The position numbers were made by a program, and so were the translations under genes. From sequence record DRR723986_8621: 45,940 nt of DNA. One strand, given 5' to 3'. Shown here piece by piece: positions 1 through 10,123 of this stretch. Numbering within the stretch: position 1 is the first letter of the stretch; each line of letters opens with the position of its first letter. The notes beneath the pieces are model-generated. The model ran no database searches and had not been told where the DNA came from. It saw only the letters and a program-made list of their open reading frames with translations.

Positions 1-714
1 TCCACCCGGCACAACCCCGAGTTCACCATGCTCGAGTTCTACTGGGCCTATGCCGATTACCGGGATGCTATGGACCTCACTGAGGACCTGATGCGCCAGC
101 TGACCCTGGCGGTGCTGGGTACCAATAAGGTCAGCTCTGAGGGGAAGGAATACGACTTTTCCCAGCCTTTCGAGCGGCTGACGGTCATCGACAGCATTCT
201 GCGCTTCAATCCGGAGTTTACTGCGCAGCAGCTGGCCGACGATGGCGAGGCCCGGGATCTGGCCAGGTCGCTGGGTATCGAGCTCAAGGACAGCTGGGGA
301 CTGGGTAAGGTGCAGCTGGAAATTTTCGAGAAAACGGTGGAACACCGGCTGGAACAGCCCACGTTCATCACCGCCTATCCCACTGAGGTATCGCCCCTGG
401 CCCGCCGCAGCGACGACGACCCCTTCGTCACCGATCGCTTTGAGTTTTTTGTCGGCGGACGGGAGCTGGCCAACGGCTTCTCCGAGCTGAATGACCCGGA
501 AGACCAGGCAGAGCGGTTCCGGGCCCAGGTAGCGGAAAAGGATGCGGGCGACGAGGAGGCGATGCATTTTGATCACGACTACATCCGCGCCCTCGAATAC
601 GGTATGCCGCCGACAGCGGGAGAGGGGATAGGCATCGACCGTCTGGTCATGTTGTTGACCGACTCCCCGTCAATTCGTGACGTGCTGCTGTTCCCGCACA
701 TGCGTCCCGAGTAA
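1..714 (+). CDS. lysS: Lysyl-tRNA synthetase, class II (5'-truncated by the window edge)
   Basis: The frame is open from base 1 ([14 protein letters not shown], motif 2). It also has [12 protein letters not shown] and motif 3 [21 protein letters not shown]...IRDVLLFP. Confidence 0.98.
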   Translation, partial: STRHNPEFTMLEFYWAYADYRDAMDLTEDLMRQLTLAVLGTNKVSSEGKEYDFSQPFERLTVIDSILRFNPEFTAQQLADDGEARDLARSLGIELKDSWGLGKVQLEIFEKTVEHRLEQPTFITAYPTEVSPLARRSDDDPFVTDRFEFFVGGRELANGFSELNDPEDQAERFRAQVAEKDAGDEEAMHFDHDYIRALEYGMPPTAGEGIGIDRLVMLLTDSPSIRDVLLFPHMRPE

Positions 715-741
715 ACCGGCTTCTCCTGCTTCGCCAGGGAG

Positions 742-777
742 TGCTACACTCGCGCAACATCGCATCGCGCAAGGAGG
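742..777 (+). promoter_or_regulatory. Putative extended -10 element (TGcTACACT, 742-750) and strong Shine-Dalgarno (AAGGAGG, 771-777) for the lipoprotein gene
   Basis: Direct motif match. The SD lies 5 nt upstream of an in-frame TTG at 783. Confidence 0.55.
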
Positions 778-782
778 CCGGT

Positions 783-1367
783 TTGCCTCGTATCACGTGG
801 ACCCCCGTCCTGCTGCTAGCCGGCCTGTTACTGCAGGCCTGTAGCAGCGCCCCGCAGGAAAGCCAGGTACCGCTGGATCCCAATGCCGTGCCGGAGCTCA
901 CGCTCAACCTGCCTGGTGAAGGCGGCTGCAACTGCGTAGACCAGGAGCAGCGTGACTACACTTTCCTGGAGCGCGGCTACAGTGCCCTGGCGCTGGGCGA
1001 ACACATCGATGCGGTGGAGTATTTCGAAAGCTACCGGCGCCTGGAGAAAACTCCCGAGGCGGCTTGGGAGGCTGACATGGCCATTGCGTTTATCAGCATG
1101 CTGCCCTCAAGCCCCTTCTACGATACCCGCGCGGCACGCAAAAGCTTTGTCAGTCTGGACGCGGCGCTGACAGCCAATCCGGATATGCAGGTGCACAACA
1201 AGGCCATCATCATGCGCGAGGCCCTGGAGGCAATGGTGATCATGGACCGTCATATTGCGGATCTTGAAAATGCCAACGCCACCCTCAAGGACGATCTGGA
1301 GAAGCGGGAAGAAGCCCTCAAGCGGCTGCGTGAGCTAACTCTGGGTCAGCGGGGAGCACGAGAGTAA
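783..1367 (+). CDS. Hypothetical lipoprotein with a TPR-like helical region and C-terminal coiled coil
   Basis: Start moved from GTG 741 to TTG 783 because of the AAGGAGG SD. This gives the signal peptide [20 protein letters not shown] (lipobox LQAC). The C-terminus has a heptad pattern ([28 protein letters not shown]). Confidence 0.75.
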   Translation: MPRITWTPVLLLAGLLLQACSSAPQESQVPLDPNAVPELTLNLPGEGGCNCVDQEQRDYTFLERGYSALALGEHIDAVEYFESYRRLEKTPEAAWEADMAIAFISMLPSSPFYDTRAARKSFVSLDAALTANPDMQVHNKAIIMREALEAMVIMDRHIADLENANATLKDDLEKREEALKRLRELTLGQRGARE

Positions 1368-2847
1368 AGGTAGCACCTTCTCCCGGTGCGCTGGTGACGG
1401 AGATCGTCCCACCCATCATCTCGCAGTAGTCACGGCAGATCGCCAGACCGAGACCGGTGCCGCCGTAGTTGGCGCTGGTCGAGGAATCCGCCTGGACAAA
1501 GGCTTCAAACACCCGCGCCTGCTGCGCCTTTGTCATGCCGATCCCGGTATCCTGCACCGAGAACCGGAACCAGCCTTCACGGCCCTCAACCGGCCCGGCG
1601 GCGAGACTGATATACCCCTTGTCGGTGAATTTGCAGGCATTGCTGAGCAGGTTGACGAAGATTTGCCGAAACTTGGTGGCATCGTTGTACAGGGCCGGCA
1701 GCTCGGACAGGTCAGGCAGCTGCAGCACGTTACCGCTTTCCCGCAACAGGGGTTCCAGCGATTCACAGACCTGATTGACGATTTCCCCGGGATGGAAGCT
1801 CTCACAGTGCAGTGACATCTTGCCAGTCTCGATCTTGGACAGGTCGAGGATGTCGTTGATCAGCGACAGCAACTGCCGTCCGGAGCGGATAATCTTGTCC
1901 AGGTCGCGCTGGAACTGGCTGCGATCGACCTCGTTGCTATCGTCCAGTTCGTCATGCAGCATCTCGCTGTAACCGATGATGGCATTCAGCGGCGTGCGCA
2001 GTTCGTGGCTCACGTTGGCCAGGAAGATACTCTTGGCGGCGTTGGCCTCGTCCGCAGAATCCTTGGCCTGTTGCACGTCGTAGATGGCGTTGCGCAACTT
2101 GTCCGACATGGTATTGAAGGCGCCGGCGAGATCCCCCAGTTCGCCGTCATCATCGATATTGTCGATACGGAAGTTTAGGTCGCCGCTGCCGAAACGTTCG
2201 GTGCCTCGCTTGAGGCGCTTGAGCGCCGTATTGGTATAGCGCACCAGGAAGAAGCCGAGCATGGCGGTGAGGAAAATCGACGCGAAAAAGCCGATGACGG
2301 TGATGCGGTCGGTGAGGGCGATGGTCCGGTCGATGATGTTGGCGCGCTGCACCGAGATAAATGCCTGGCGTTGTTCCAGTTCTTTCAGGCGCTGGCTTGC
2401 CTCCAGGTAGGGAATAGGGTCATCGACGTCCGGCTCAAAGCTGGGGTCGTTATAGTTTCGGTAGAAGGCGGACCAGCTATCGAGCAGGGCGCCGCTGCTG
2501 GTGGACAGCCGCTGGTACTGCAGCTCTGTAACATCGGGGCTGAGGGTGCCGAGCGCGCGAACCTTGCTGCTTATGGTGTCGATATCAGTAATCGCCTGCG
2601 CCAGTTCCTGCGCGTCGAGCTGGTCCTCGGTGGTCTCGCGCAGGGTCGCCAGCACCAGGATCTGCTGGCGCTGGGCGTCGAGCAACTGCTCCACTTCGGC
2701 GGATAACTGGGCGGCTTTCACCGCATCGCGGTAGGCCACCATACTCTCGTTCCGCGCGAAGCTGCCCCAGAAATGGGTGCCGACGTTGACCGCGAACAGC
2801 ACCAGGATGGTGAACAGGGAGAGAGTAAGGCGTCGACGCAAGCTCAT
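1318..2847 (-). CDS. Membrane sensor histidine kinase (TM-periplasmic-TM-HAMP-HisKA-HATPase)
   Basis: Two hydrophobic segments; HAMP ([15 protein letters not shown]); H-box [19 protein letters not shown]-box [11 protein letters not shown]1 DTGIGM; F-box FEAFVQAD; G2 GGTGLGL. Confidence 0.95.
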   Translation of the reverse strand: MSLRRRLTLSLFTILVLFAVNVGTHFWGSFARNESMVAYRDAVKAAQLSAEVEQLLDAQRQQILVLATLRETTEDQLDAQELAQAITDIDTISSKVRALGTLSPDVTELQYQRLSTSSGALLDSWSAFYRNYNDPSFEPDVDDPIPYLEASQRLKELEQRQAFISVQRANIIDRTIALTDRITVIGFFASIFLTAMLGFFLVRYTNTALKRLKRGTERFGSGDLNFRIDNIDDDGELGDLAGAFNTMSDKLRNAIYDVQQAKDSADEANAAKSIFLANVSHELRTPLNAIIGYSEMLHDELDDSNEVDRSQFQRDLDKIIRSGRQLLSLINDILDLSKIETGKMSLHCESFHPGEIVNQVCESLEPLLRESGNVLQLPDLSELPALYNDATKFRQIFVNLLSNACKFTDKGYISLAAGPVEGREGWFRFSVQDTGIGMTKAQQARVFEAFVQADSSTSANYGGTGLGLAICRDYCEMMGGTISVTSAPGEGATFTLVLPADPELAHAAA

Positions 2848-3218
2848 GCGCGGGTCAGCTTCTCGATCTTGATCAGCAGTCCGGGGAAATCGATGGGCTT
2901 GGTGGCATAGTCATCGCAGCCGGCATCGAGGGCGCTGAGCCGGTCCGCTTCCATGGCGTGGGCGGTAAGGGCGATGATCGGGATATGGGCGATGCTCTCA
3001 TCCTCCCGCGCCCGCCGACAGGCCGTCCAGCCATCCATCACCGGCAGGTTCATGTCCATCAGCACCACCGATGGCTGGTGGCTGCGCATCTTGTCCAGCG
3101 CCTGCTGGCCATCTTCCGCCGGGATGACGTCGATGCCCGCCCGGTTCAGTCGCCGGATCAGCATGTCCCGGTTGAGTTCGTTGTCCTCGACCAGCAGGAC
3201 GGGGCCCTTGTTGCTCAT
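2844..3218 (-). CDS. Single-domain response regulator (DivK-like receiver)
   Basis: VLLVEDN, phosphoacceptor [16 protein letters not shown] and KP motifs. It has 4-bp overlaps with both neighbouring genes. Confidence 0.93.
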   Translation of the reverse strand: MSNKGPVLLVEDNELNRDMLIRRLNRAGIDVIPAEDGQQALDKMRSHQPSVVLMDMNLPVMDGWTACRRAREDESIAHIPIIALTAHAMEADRLSALDAGCDDYATKPIDFPGLLIKIEKLTRA

Positions 3219-4690
3219 GCCAGCGGCGCCTCGATTCGGTGGACCACAACCATCTGGTTGATGCCCTTGACCTTGAGTTCCCGGCTGTCGAGGACCTGGT
3301 AGGGACTGGTCAGCTTGGCCAGGGTCGCATCGGATACGAGGATTTCCCCGCCCTCGCTGAGGTCCTCGATGCGTGAGGTCAGGTTCATGGGGTGGCCGAC
3401 GAAGCCGTATTTGCTGCGTCTTTCGGAGCCGATATTGCCGGCGATAACCTTGCCGGTGTTCAGGCCGATGCCGGTGGCGATTGCGGGCAGGCCCTCGGCT
3501 TCATTCTCCCGGTTGATGGCAGCCATGGCCGCCTGCATCTCCAGGGCGCAGCGGACTGCGCGCTCGGCGTCATCCTCGCGTCGCTGGGGTGCGCCGAACA
3601 CCGCCAGGATGGCGTCGCCGATGAATTCGTCGATGGTGCCCTGATGGGCCAGGATGATGTCGGTCATCGCGCCCAGGTAGCGGTTGAGCATGGTCACCAC
3701 CTGGGCCGGTGCCAGGTGTTCGCTGAGGGTGGTGAAGCCGCGGATATCCGACATCATGATGGTGACCTCGCGCAGATCGCCGCCCAGCTCCAGGCCTTCG
3801 GGGCGCTCCAGGATATCGGTAACGATCTCGTCGGACAGGTAGCGACCGAAGGTAGCGCGGATGAATTTTTCGTTGCGCTCCAGCTGCTGGCGATACTGCT
3901 CTTCCCGGTCGTGCCAGCGCTTGCGCTCGATGCCCGCCTTGATCCGGGCCTGCAACAGTACCGGGTTGAACGGCTTGAACAGGTAATCATCGGCCCCGGC
4001 CTCGATGCACTCGATGATGCCATCCATGTCCTGGCGCCCGGAGATCACGATTACCGGGGTGGCGCGCCACTCCGGGTGCTCTTTGATCCGGCGCAGGACT
4101 TCGCGCCCGTCCATCCCGGGCATGACCAGGTCAAGCAGCACCACGTCGACATCGGATTCGTCCAGCGTGGCCAGCGCTTCCTCGCCGCTGGCCGCGGTGA
4201 CCACGAAATGGCCGCTGCGGGACAGGTAGCGGGCCACCAGCTCGCGATTCTCCTGCAGATCGTCCACGGCGAGGATGAAACCGGGCTCCGAGTTGATGGA
4301 GCGTCGTTCGGCGGCGCTGTCGGGCGCGGTTTCCTCGCTGTGCGCGGTATGCACCGCTTTCACCAGGCGTGCCAGGTTGTCTGCCAGTGGCTGGTTCTCG
4401 GGGCCGAGATCTTCCTGCAGCATTTCGGCATAGCCGCGGATCGCCGCCAGCACGTTCATCAGGTCGTGGGTAGAGGCATCCGACTGTGGACCTGCGAGCA
4501 AGCCTTCAAGGCGGGTCGCGCCCTCGAACAGGTGGCTGAAGTCGTCCCGGGCGGCCTCATCCAGCCGCTCCTCGGCGCTGCTGAACAGGTCCCTCAGCTC
4601 CGCGATCGCGCGCAGCAGGACGTCACTCCACAGGGTGTTGGCCTGGGTATCGCTGGTCGTCACTGGCTTTGTGGCGCTCCGCTTTTTCAA
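3215..4690 (-). CDS. Receiver-fused class III nucleotide cyclase with an N-terminal DHp-like segment; probable guanylyl cyclase (start codon uncertain)
   Basis: REC domain (AVDD, LLDLVMP, KP). Cyclase motifs MSDIRGFT, IDEFIGD, GNIGSERRSKYG, NLTSR and KVKG. Confidence 0.92.
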   Translation of the reverse strand: MKKRSATKPVTTSDTQANTLWSDVLLRAIAELRDLFSSAEERLDEAARDDFSHLFEGATRLEGLLAGPQSDASTHDLMNVLAAIRGYAEMLQEDLGPENQPLADNLARLVKAVHTAHSEETAPDSAAERRSINSEPGFILAVDDLQENRELVARYLSRSGHFVVTAASGEEALATLDESDVDVVLLDLVMPGMDGREVLRRIKEHPEWRATPVIVISGRQDMDGIIECIEAGADDYLFKPFNPVLLQARIKAGIERKRWHDREEQYRQQLERNEKFIRATFGRYLSDEIVTDILERPEGLELGGDLREVTIMMSDIRGFTTLSEHLAPAQVVTMLNRYLGAMTDIILAHQGTIDEFIGDAILAVFGAPQRREDDAERAVRCALEMQAAMAAINRENEAEGLPAIATGIGLNTGKVIAGNIGSERRSKYGFVGHPMNLTSRIEDLSEGGEILVSDATLAKLTSPYQVLDSRELKVKGINQMVVVHRIEAPLA

Positions 4691-4855
4691 TATCGAGAGT
4701 ATAACGAGGCGAGCAGAGCTGTGGAAACGCTGAAGTTGTTCGTTTCATTGATCAGGAAGCGGATAAACGCCGGCGAAAGGTACGCAGTTCGGCGTGTTTG
4801 GGTTATTATCGGTGCCGAGCTAAAGGACAAGGCTTTGCACAGGGCGGGTTCGTAC

Positions 4856-5503
4856 ATGTTGCAGCAAGTAGAAATATTTCAGGGGCTCTCTCAGGAGGAG
4901 CTGGAGGCCCTGTCAGCCAGTAGCACCAATCGCTCCTTCCCCAAGAATACCGTGGTCATCCATGAGAATGATCCCGCGGACTCCCTGTTCGTGATCGAGA
5001 GCGGTAAGGTCAAGGTGTACTGCAGCGACAAGAACGGCAAGGAGTTCATCATGAACACCCAGGGCGCCGGCGACTACTTTGGCGAACTGGCCCTGCTGGA
5101 CGACTCCACCCGCTCGGCGTCGGTACGTACGGTTGAGAAATCCTCCTTCTGCATCATCTATAAGGAAGACTTTAACCGGGTACTCGATGAGCACCCGAAT
5201 ATCGGCCGCAAGCTGATCCGCAACCTCGCCCAGCGGGTGCGCAAGCTGACGGCAGACGTCAAGAGCCTCGCCCTGCAGGACGTGTATGGCCGGGTGGCCA
5301 ATGTACTGATGGACCTGTCGGAAGAGCGGGGCGATGGCACTCTGTACATTCCCGAGAAGCTGACCCAGCAGGACATCGCCGACCGGGTGGGAGCCTCCCG
5401 GGAAATGGTGGCACGTATCCTCAAGGACCTGACGATCGGCGAGTACATTCGCTTCGAGGGTCGGCATATCATCATCAATACGCGGCTGCCGGCCAAGTAC
5501 TGA
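4856..5503 (+). CDS. CRP/FNR-family transcriptional regulator (cNMP-binding domain + HTH)
   Basis: The real start is ATG 4856 inside the 703-aa ORF. Phosphate-binding cassette FGELALLDDSTRSA; HTH TQQDIADRVGASREMVARILKDL. Confidence 0.93.
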   Translation: MLQQVEIFQGLSQEELEALSASSTNRSFPKNTVVIHENDPADSLFVIESGKVKVYCSDKNGKEFIMNTQGAGDYFGELALLDDSTRSASVRTVEKSSFCIIYKEDFNRVLDEHPNIGRKLIRNLAQRVRKLTADVKSLALQDVYGRVANVLMDLSEERGDGTLYIPEKLTQQDIADRVGASREMVARILKDLTIGEYIRFEGRHIIINTRLPAKY

Positions 5504-5519
5504 GCATTCCGCCCGGGGG

Positions 5520-6911
5520 CTAGTCGCCCCCGCTGGCTTCATCCTCGTCCGCTGTCACACCAGTCACCTCGAGCTGCAGTCTGCCTTTCGCCAGGCGCGC
5601 TTTGAGCGGCTGTCCAGCCGTCGCCTGCGCCGCATCACTCACCACCTTGCCCTCGGTATCAGTGATGATGGCATAGCCCCGTTGCAAGGTGGCCAGCGGG
5701 CTCAGTGAGTCCAGCATCTGGGCGAGGTGGGCGAGTTGCGCACCGGCCGTTTCCAGGCGCTGGCGCATGGCGGCTTCCATGCGCTGTTGCGATGAACCCA
5801 GATCCTGCTGGAGCCGCCGGATGCGCGGTAGAGGGGATTGTGTCTGCAGTCGGCTCTCAAGCAGTGCCAGCTGTTGCCGGCGCTGGCGCATGGCATTGCG
5901 CTGCGCCAGGATCAGGCGCTGCTCCAGGTCATCCAGGCGCTGTGCCTGTTCCCGCAGCAGGGCACCCGGGTGCTTCAGGCGCCGCCGCAGGTGGTCCAGT
6001 TCCCTCGCGGCGTCCGCCAGTTTGCGCCGCATCTGCCGTTCCAGGGCCTGTTCCAGGGTGCGCAGCTTTTCCAGCCACTCCCGCTGGTCCGGGCTGAGCA
6101 GTTCCGCCGCCGCTGAGGGGGTGGGCGCGCGGTGATCGGCGACCATGTCGGCGATACTGAAATCGATTTCATGTCCCACGGCACTGACCACCGGCAGCTC
6201 GCTGGCAGCGATCGCGCGGGCCACACTTTCCTCGTTAAAGGCCCACAGGTCCTCCAGCGAGCCCCCGCCACGGCCCACGATCAGTGCATCGAGATCGATT
6301 TTCCCCTCGCGCTGCAAGCGGTTGGCCAGTTCTATAGCGGCGCAGATCTCGCCGGCAGCGGCATCACCCTGGACGGCCACCGGGATGATGTAGACCTCGA
6401 TGGAGGGGCAGCGCCGCTTGAGCACGGTCAGGATGTCGTGGATCGCCGCGCCGGTAGGTGAGGTAATCACCCCGAGGCGGGATACGGACGCCGGCAGGGG
6501 CTTTTTGCGGGCCGGCTCGAACAGGCCTTCGGCGAGCAGTTTGGCCTTCAGCTGCTCAAAAGCGAGCTGCAGGGCCCCGGCGCCGGCGTGCTCCAGGTGT
6601 TCCACGATCAGCTGGAACTCGCCGCGACCCTCGAACAGTGAGACCCGGCAGCGCAGGCGCAGGTGGTCCCCGTTTGCGGGCTGGAAGCGGATCCGCTGAT
6701 TGCGATTGCGGAACATGGCGCAGCGGACCTGCGCATCCCCGTCCTTGAGGGAGAAATACCAGTGGCCGGAGGAGGGTGCGGCGAAATTCGATACCTCGCC
6801 CTCTACCCAGACGAAATCGAAATGGCTCTCCAACAGGGTGCGGGCCTGCCGGTTGAGCTGGCTGACGGTCAGGATCTGGGGGGGCGGCGCGTCGCCGAAT
6901 GGATTAGACAC
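5520..6911 (-). CDS. xseA: Exodeoxyribonuclease VII large subunit
   Basis: VEGEVSNF..SGHWYFSLKD, GRGGGSLEDLWAFNEE, GHEIDF, TPSAAAE. Divergent from guaB, as is typical in Gammaproteobacteria. Confidence 0.97.
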   Translation of the reverse strand: MSNPFGDAPPPQILTVSQLNRQARTLLESHFDFVWVEGEVSNFAAPSSGHWYFSLKDGDAQVRCAMFRNRNQRIRFQPANGDHLRLRCRVSLFEGRGEFQLIVEHLEHAGAGALQLAFEQLKAKLLAEGLFEPARKKPLPASVSRLGVITSPTGAAIHDILTVLKRRCPSIEVYIIPVAVQGDAAAGEICAAIELANRLQREGKIDLDALIVGRGGGSLEDLWAFNEESVARAIAASELPVVSAVGHEIDFSIADMVADHRAPTPSAAAELLSPDQREWLEKLRTLEQALERQMRRKLADAARELDHLRRRLKHPGALLREQAQRLDDLEQRLILAQRNAMRQRRQQLALLESRLQTQSPLPRIRRLQQDLGSSQQRMEAAMRQRLETAGAQLAHLAQMLDSLSPLATLQRGYAIITDTEGKVVSDAAQATAGQPLKARLAKGRLQLEVTGVTADEDEASGGD

Positions 6912-6932
6912 GATTAGCGAGTGTGGAGTTTA

Positions 6933-6962
6933 TTTACCTGGGGCAACGCAAAGATTTATAAT
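6933..6962 (+). promoter_or_regulatory. Putative sigma70 promoter of guaBA
   Basis: Perfect TATAAT at 6957-6962 with a TTTACC -35-like hexamer at 6933-6938. Confidence 0.5.
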
Positions 6963-7001
6963 TGCACGTTTAACCTCGACCCGCCAGCCGGAGACGCCTG
7001 T

Positions 7002-8471
7002 ATGTTGCGCATCGCCCAGGAAGCCCTGACATTTGATGACGTTCTTCTGCTGCCCGGCTTTTCCGACGTGGTGGCGACCGATGTGTCACTGCGCACCCGG
7101 CTAACCCGCGGGATTGACCTGAACATCCCGCTGGTATCCGCGGCCATGGATACCGTCACCGAATCCCGGCTGGCTATCGCCCTGGCCCAGGAAGGCGGTA
7201 TCGGTATCATCCATAAGAGCATGACCATTGCCGAGCAGGCCGAGCAGGTACGCAAGGTCAAGAAATTCGAAAGCGGCGTGGTCAAGGACCCGATTACCAT
7301 CCAGCAGGATGCGACCATCGGCGAGCTCACCGAGATTACCGCAGCGCACGGCATCTCCGGGCTGCCGGTGCTGGATGGTGAGGACCTGGTCGGTATCGTG
7401 ACCCGGCGTGACCTGCGTTTCGAATCCAATCCCCTGAAGCGGGTGTCTGAGGTCATGACGCCCCGCGACAAGCTGGTAACGGTCAAGGAGGGCGCCAGCA
7501 CCGAGGAAGTCCAGCGCCTGCTGCACCAGCACCGGATCGAGAAGATCCTGGTGGTGAATGACAATTTTGACCTGCGCGGCATGATCACGGTGAAGGACTT
7601 CGACAAGGCCGAAAGCTTCCCCGACGCCTGCAAGGATTCCTATGGCCAGCTGCGGGTAGGTGCCTCGGTTGGTACCAGCCCCGATACCGATGACCGGGTC
7701 GAGGCATTGGTGCGCGCCGGGGTGGACGTGCTGGTGGTCGACACTGCCCACGGCCACTCGAAGAACGTGATCGACCGGGTGCGGATGATCAAGGCAGACT
7801 ACCCATCGATCCAGGTTATCGGCGGCAATATCGCCACCGCGGCAGCGGCGTTAGCCCTGGTGGATGCCGGAGCGGATGGCGTCAAGGTCGGTATCGGCCC
7901 CGGGTCGATCTGCACCACCCGGATTGTTACCGGCACCGGCGTACCGCAGATCACGGCGATAGCCAACGTGATGGAAGCGCTGCGCAACACCGATGTGCCG
8001 ATTGTCGCCGATGGTGGGGTGCGCTTTTCCGGTGATGTCGCCAAGGCGATCGTTGCCGGTGCGCATTCGGTGATGATGGGCAGTATGTTCGCCGGTACCG
8101 AGGAAGCGCCGGGCGAGGTCGAGCTCTACCAGGGTCGGACCTACAAGGCCTATCGCGGCATGGGTTCGCTGGGCGCCATGTCCCAGACCCAGGGTTCTTC
8201 GGATCGCTATTTCCAGGATGCGAGCAAGGGCATGGAAAAGCTGGTGCCGGAAGGCATCGAAGGCCGGGTGCCCTACAAGGGTCCGGTCTCGGCGATCATT
8301 CACCAGCTCATGGGTGGCGTTCGCTCCGCCATGGGCTATACCGGCAGTCGCGACATCGAAACGATGCGCAGCCGGCCGGAATTCGTGCGGGTCACGGCAG
8401 CGGGCATGTCCGAAAGCCACGTACACGACGTATCGATTACCAAGGAAGCGCCGAATTACCCGGTCAGGTAG
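7002..8471 (+). CDS. guaB: IMP dehydrogenase
   Basis: Start [16 protein letters not shown] at ATG 7002; CBS pair; catalytic [11 protein letters not shown]. Confidence 0.98.
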   Translation: MLRIAQEALTFDDVLLLPGFSDVVATDVSLRTRLTRGIDLNIPLVSAAMDTVTESRLAIALAQEGGIGIIHKSMTIAEQAEQVRKVKKFESGVVKDPITIQQDATIGELTEITAAHGISGLPVLDGEDLVGIVTRRDLRFESNPLKRVSEVMTPRDKLVTVKEGASTEEVQRLLHQHRIEKILVVNDNFDLRGMITVKDFDKAESFPDACKDSYGQLRVGASVGTSPDTDDRVEALVRAGVDVLVVDTAHGHSKNVIDRVRMIKADYPSIQVIGGNIATAAAALALVDAGADGVKVGIGPGSICTTRIVTGTGVPQITAIANVMEALRNTDVPIVADGGVRFSGDVAKAIVAGAHSVMMGSMFAGTEEAPGEVELYQGRTYKAYRGMGSLGAMSQTQGSSDRYFQDASKGMEKLVPEGIEGRVPYKGPVSAIIHQLMGGVRSAMGYTGSRDIETMRSRPEFVRVTAAGMSESHVHDVSITKEAPNYPVR

Positions 8472-8522
8472 CCTTGACCGGGCCGTCCGGCCCTCACACA
8501 GCGCTTAGCATCGGGAAATTCA

Positions 8523-10100
8523 GTGACCGCAGACATCCATGCCCAGAAAATTCTCATCCTGGACTTTGGCTCCCAGTACACGCAGTTGATTGCCCGCCGG
8601 GTGCGCGAGGTTGGCGTATACAGCGAGATTCGTGCCTGGGATATGCCGGAGGCGGAAATCCGGGAGTTCAACCCCAGCGGGCTGATTTTGTCCGGTGGCC
8701 CCGAATCGGTTGCCGATCTGGACTCACCCCGGGCCCCGGCCTGTGTGTTCGAGCTGGGTATCCCGATTCTGGGTATCTGCTATGGCATGCAGACCATGGC
8801 CGAGCAGCATGGTGGCAAGGTCGCCTGTTCCAATGTCAGCGAGTTTGGCTACGCCCAGATACGGCAGGTCGGCAACGGCGGCTTGCTGCACGATATTCGT
8901 GACCATATAGATGCGAACGGCAGGGGCTTGCTCGATGTCTGGATGAGCCACGGCGACAAGGTCGTAGAGCTGCCTGAGGGCTTTGAAGTCATCGCTGAGA
9001 CTGACAGCTGCCCGATCGCCGGCATGGCGCACCGGGAGAAGCCCTGGTTCGGTATCCAGTTCCACCCAGAGGTCACCCATACCCTGCAGGGCAAGCGTAT
9101 ATTCGAGCACTTCGTCCAGGAGATCTGTGGCTGTGAAGTGCTCTGGACCCCGGCCAATATCGTCCAGGACGCTATTGACCGGGTCCGGGAACGGGTTGGC
9201 GGTGACAAGGTGCTGCTGGGACTGTCGGGGGGTGTTGATTCCTCGGTGGTGGCCGCGCTCCTGCATCGGGCAATTGGCGACCAGCTGACCTGCGTGTTCG
9301 TGGATAACGGCCTGCTGCGCCTGCACGAGGGCGACCAGGTGATGGACATGTTCGCCCGCAACATGGGCGTGAAGGTTATTCGCAGCGACTCCGAGGAACT
9401 GTTCCTGTCGCGCCTTGCCGGGGTCGCCGACCCGGAACAGAAGCGCAAAATCATCGGCAATACCTTCATTGAGGTGTTTGATACCGAGGCGGCCAAGCTG
9501 CAGGAGGTCAAGTGGCTTGCCCAGGGCACCATCTACCCCGATGTGATCGAATCCGCCGGCGCCAAGACCGGCAAGGCCCACGTGATCAAGTCCCATCACA
9601 ACGTCGGCGGCCTGCCCGACGATATGGCCTTTGAGCTGGTCGAACCACTGCGTGAACTGTTCAAGGACGAGGTGCGCCAGATCGGCCTGGAACTGGGCCT
9701 GCCCTACGACATGGTGTATCGCCACCCGTTCCCGGGCCCGGGTCTCGGGGTGCGCATCCTCGGCGAGGTGAAGAAGGAGTACGCGGAGCTGCTGCGTCAG
9801 GCAGATGCGATCTTTATCGAGGAACTGCATGCCGCCGACTGGTACCAGAAGACCAGTCAGGCCTTCGCCGTGTTCCTGCCGGTCAAGTCCGTCGGCGTGG
9901 TGGGAGATGGTCGCCGCTATGAGTACGTGATTGCCATCCGTGCGGTAGAGACGGTCGATTTCATGACCGCGCGCTGGGCGCACCTGCCCTACGAACTGCT
10001 GGAAAAAGTATCCAACCGTATCATCAACGAAATCTCTGGCGTGTCGCGGGTGACCTACGACATCAGCAGCAAGCCGCCGGCGACGATTGAGTGGGAATAA
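8523..10100 (+). CDS. guaA: GMP synthase (glutamine-hydrolysing)
   Basis: [36 protein letters not shown]-terminal KPPATIEWE. Confidence 0.98.
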   Translation: MTADIHAQKILILDFGSQYTQLIARRVREVGVYSEIRAWDMPEAEIREFNPSGLILSGGPESVADLDSPRAPACVFELGIPILGICYGMQTMAEQHGGKVACSNVSEFGYAQIRQVGNGGLLHDIRDHIDANGRGLLDVWMSHGDKVVELPEGFEVIAETDSCPIAGMAHREKPWFGIQFHPEVTHTLQGKRIFEHFVQEICGCEVLWTPANIVQDAIDRVRERVGGDKVLLGLSGGVDSSVVAALLHRAIGDQLTCVFVDNGLLRLHEGDQVMDMFARNMGVKVIRSDSEELFLSRLAGVADPEQKRKIIGNTFIEVFDTEAAKLQEVKWLAQGTIYPDVIESAGAKTGKAHVIKSHHNVGGLPDDMAFELVEPLRELFKDEVRQIGLELGLPYDMVYRHPFPGPGLGVRILGEVKKEYAELLRQADAIFIEELHAADWYQKTSQAFAVFLPVKSVGVVGDGRRYEYVIAIRAVETVDFMTARWAHLPYELLEKVSNRIINEISGVSRVTYDISSKPPATIEWE

Positions 10101-10123
10101 CCCGGTCCTAGGCCCCCAGCGAC

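Noticed and set aside
3392-4855. Apparent 703-aa fusion ORF ending in the CRP domain
   Set aside because: The first 488 codons are mostly the antisense shadow of the cyclase gene. The CRP protein starts at ATG 4856 and has a normal length of 215 aa.
4691-4855. CRP binding site between the cyclase and CRP genes
   Set aside because: No acceptable TGTGA-N6-TCACA match on either strand.
8724-9983. Long antisense ORFs (for example 419 aa opposite guaA, and others opposite purL, iscS and bamB)
   Set aside because: Expected from high-GC codon bias on the opposite strand; none shows a recognisable domain.
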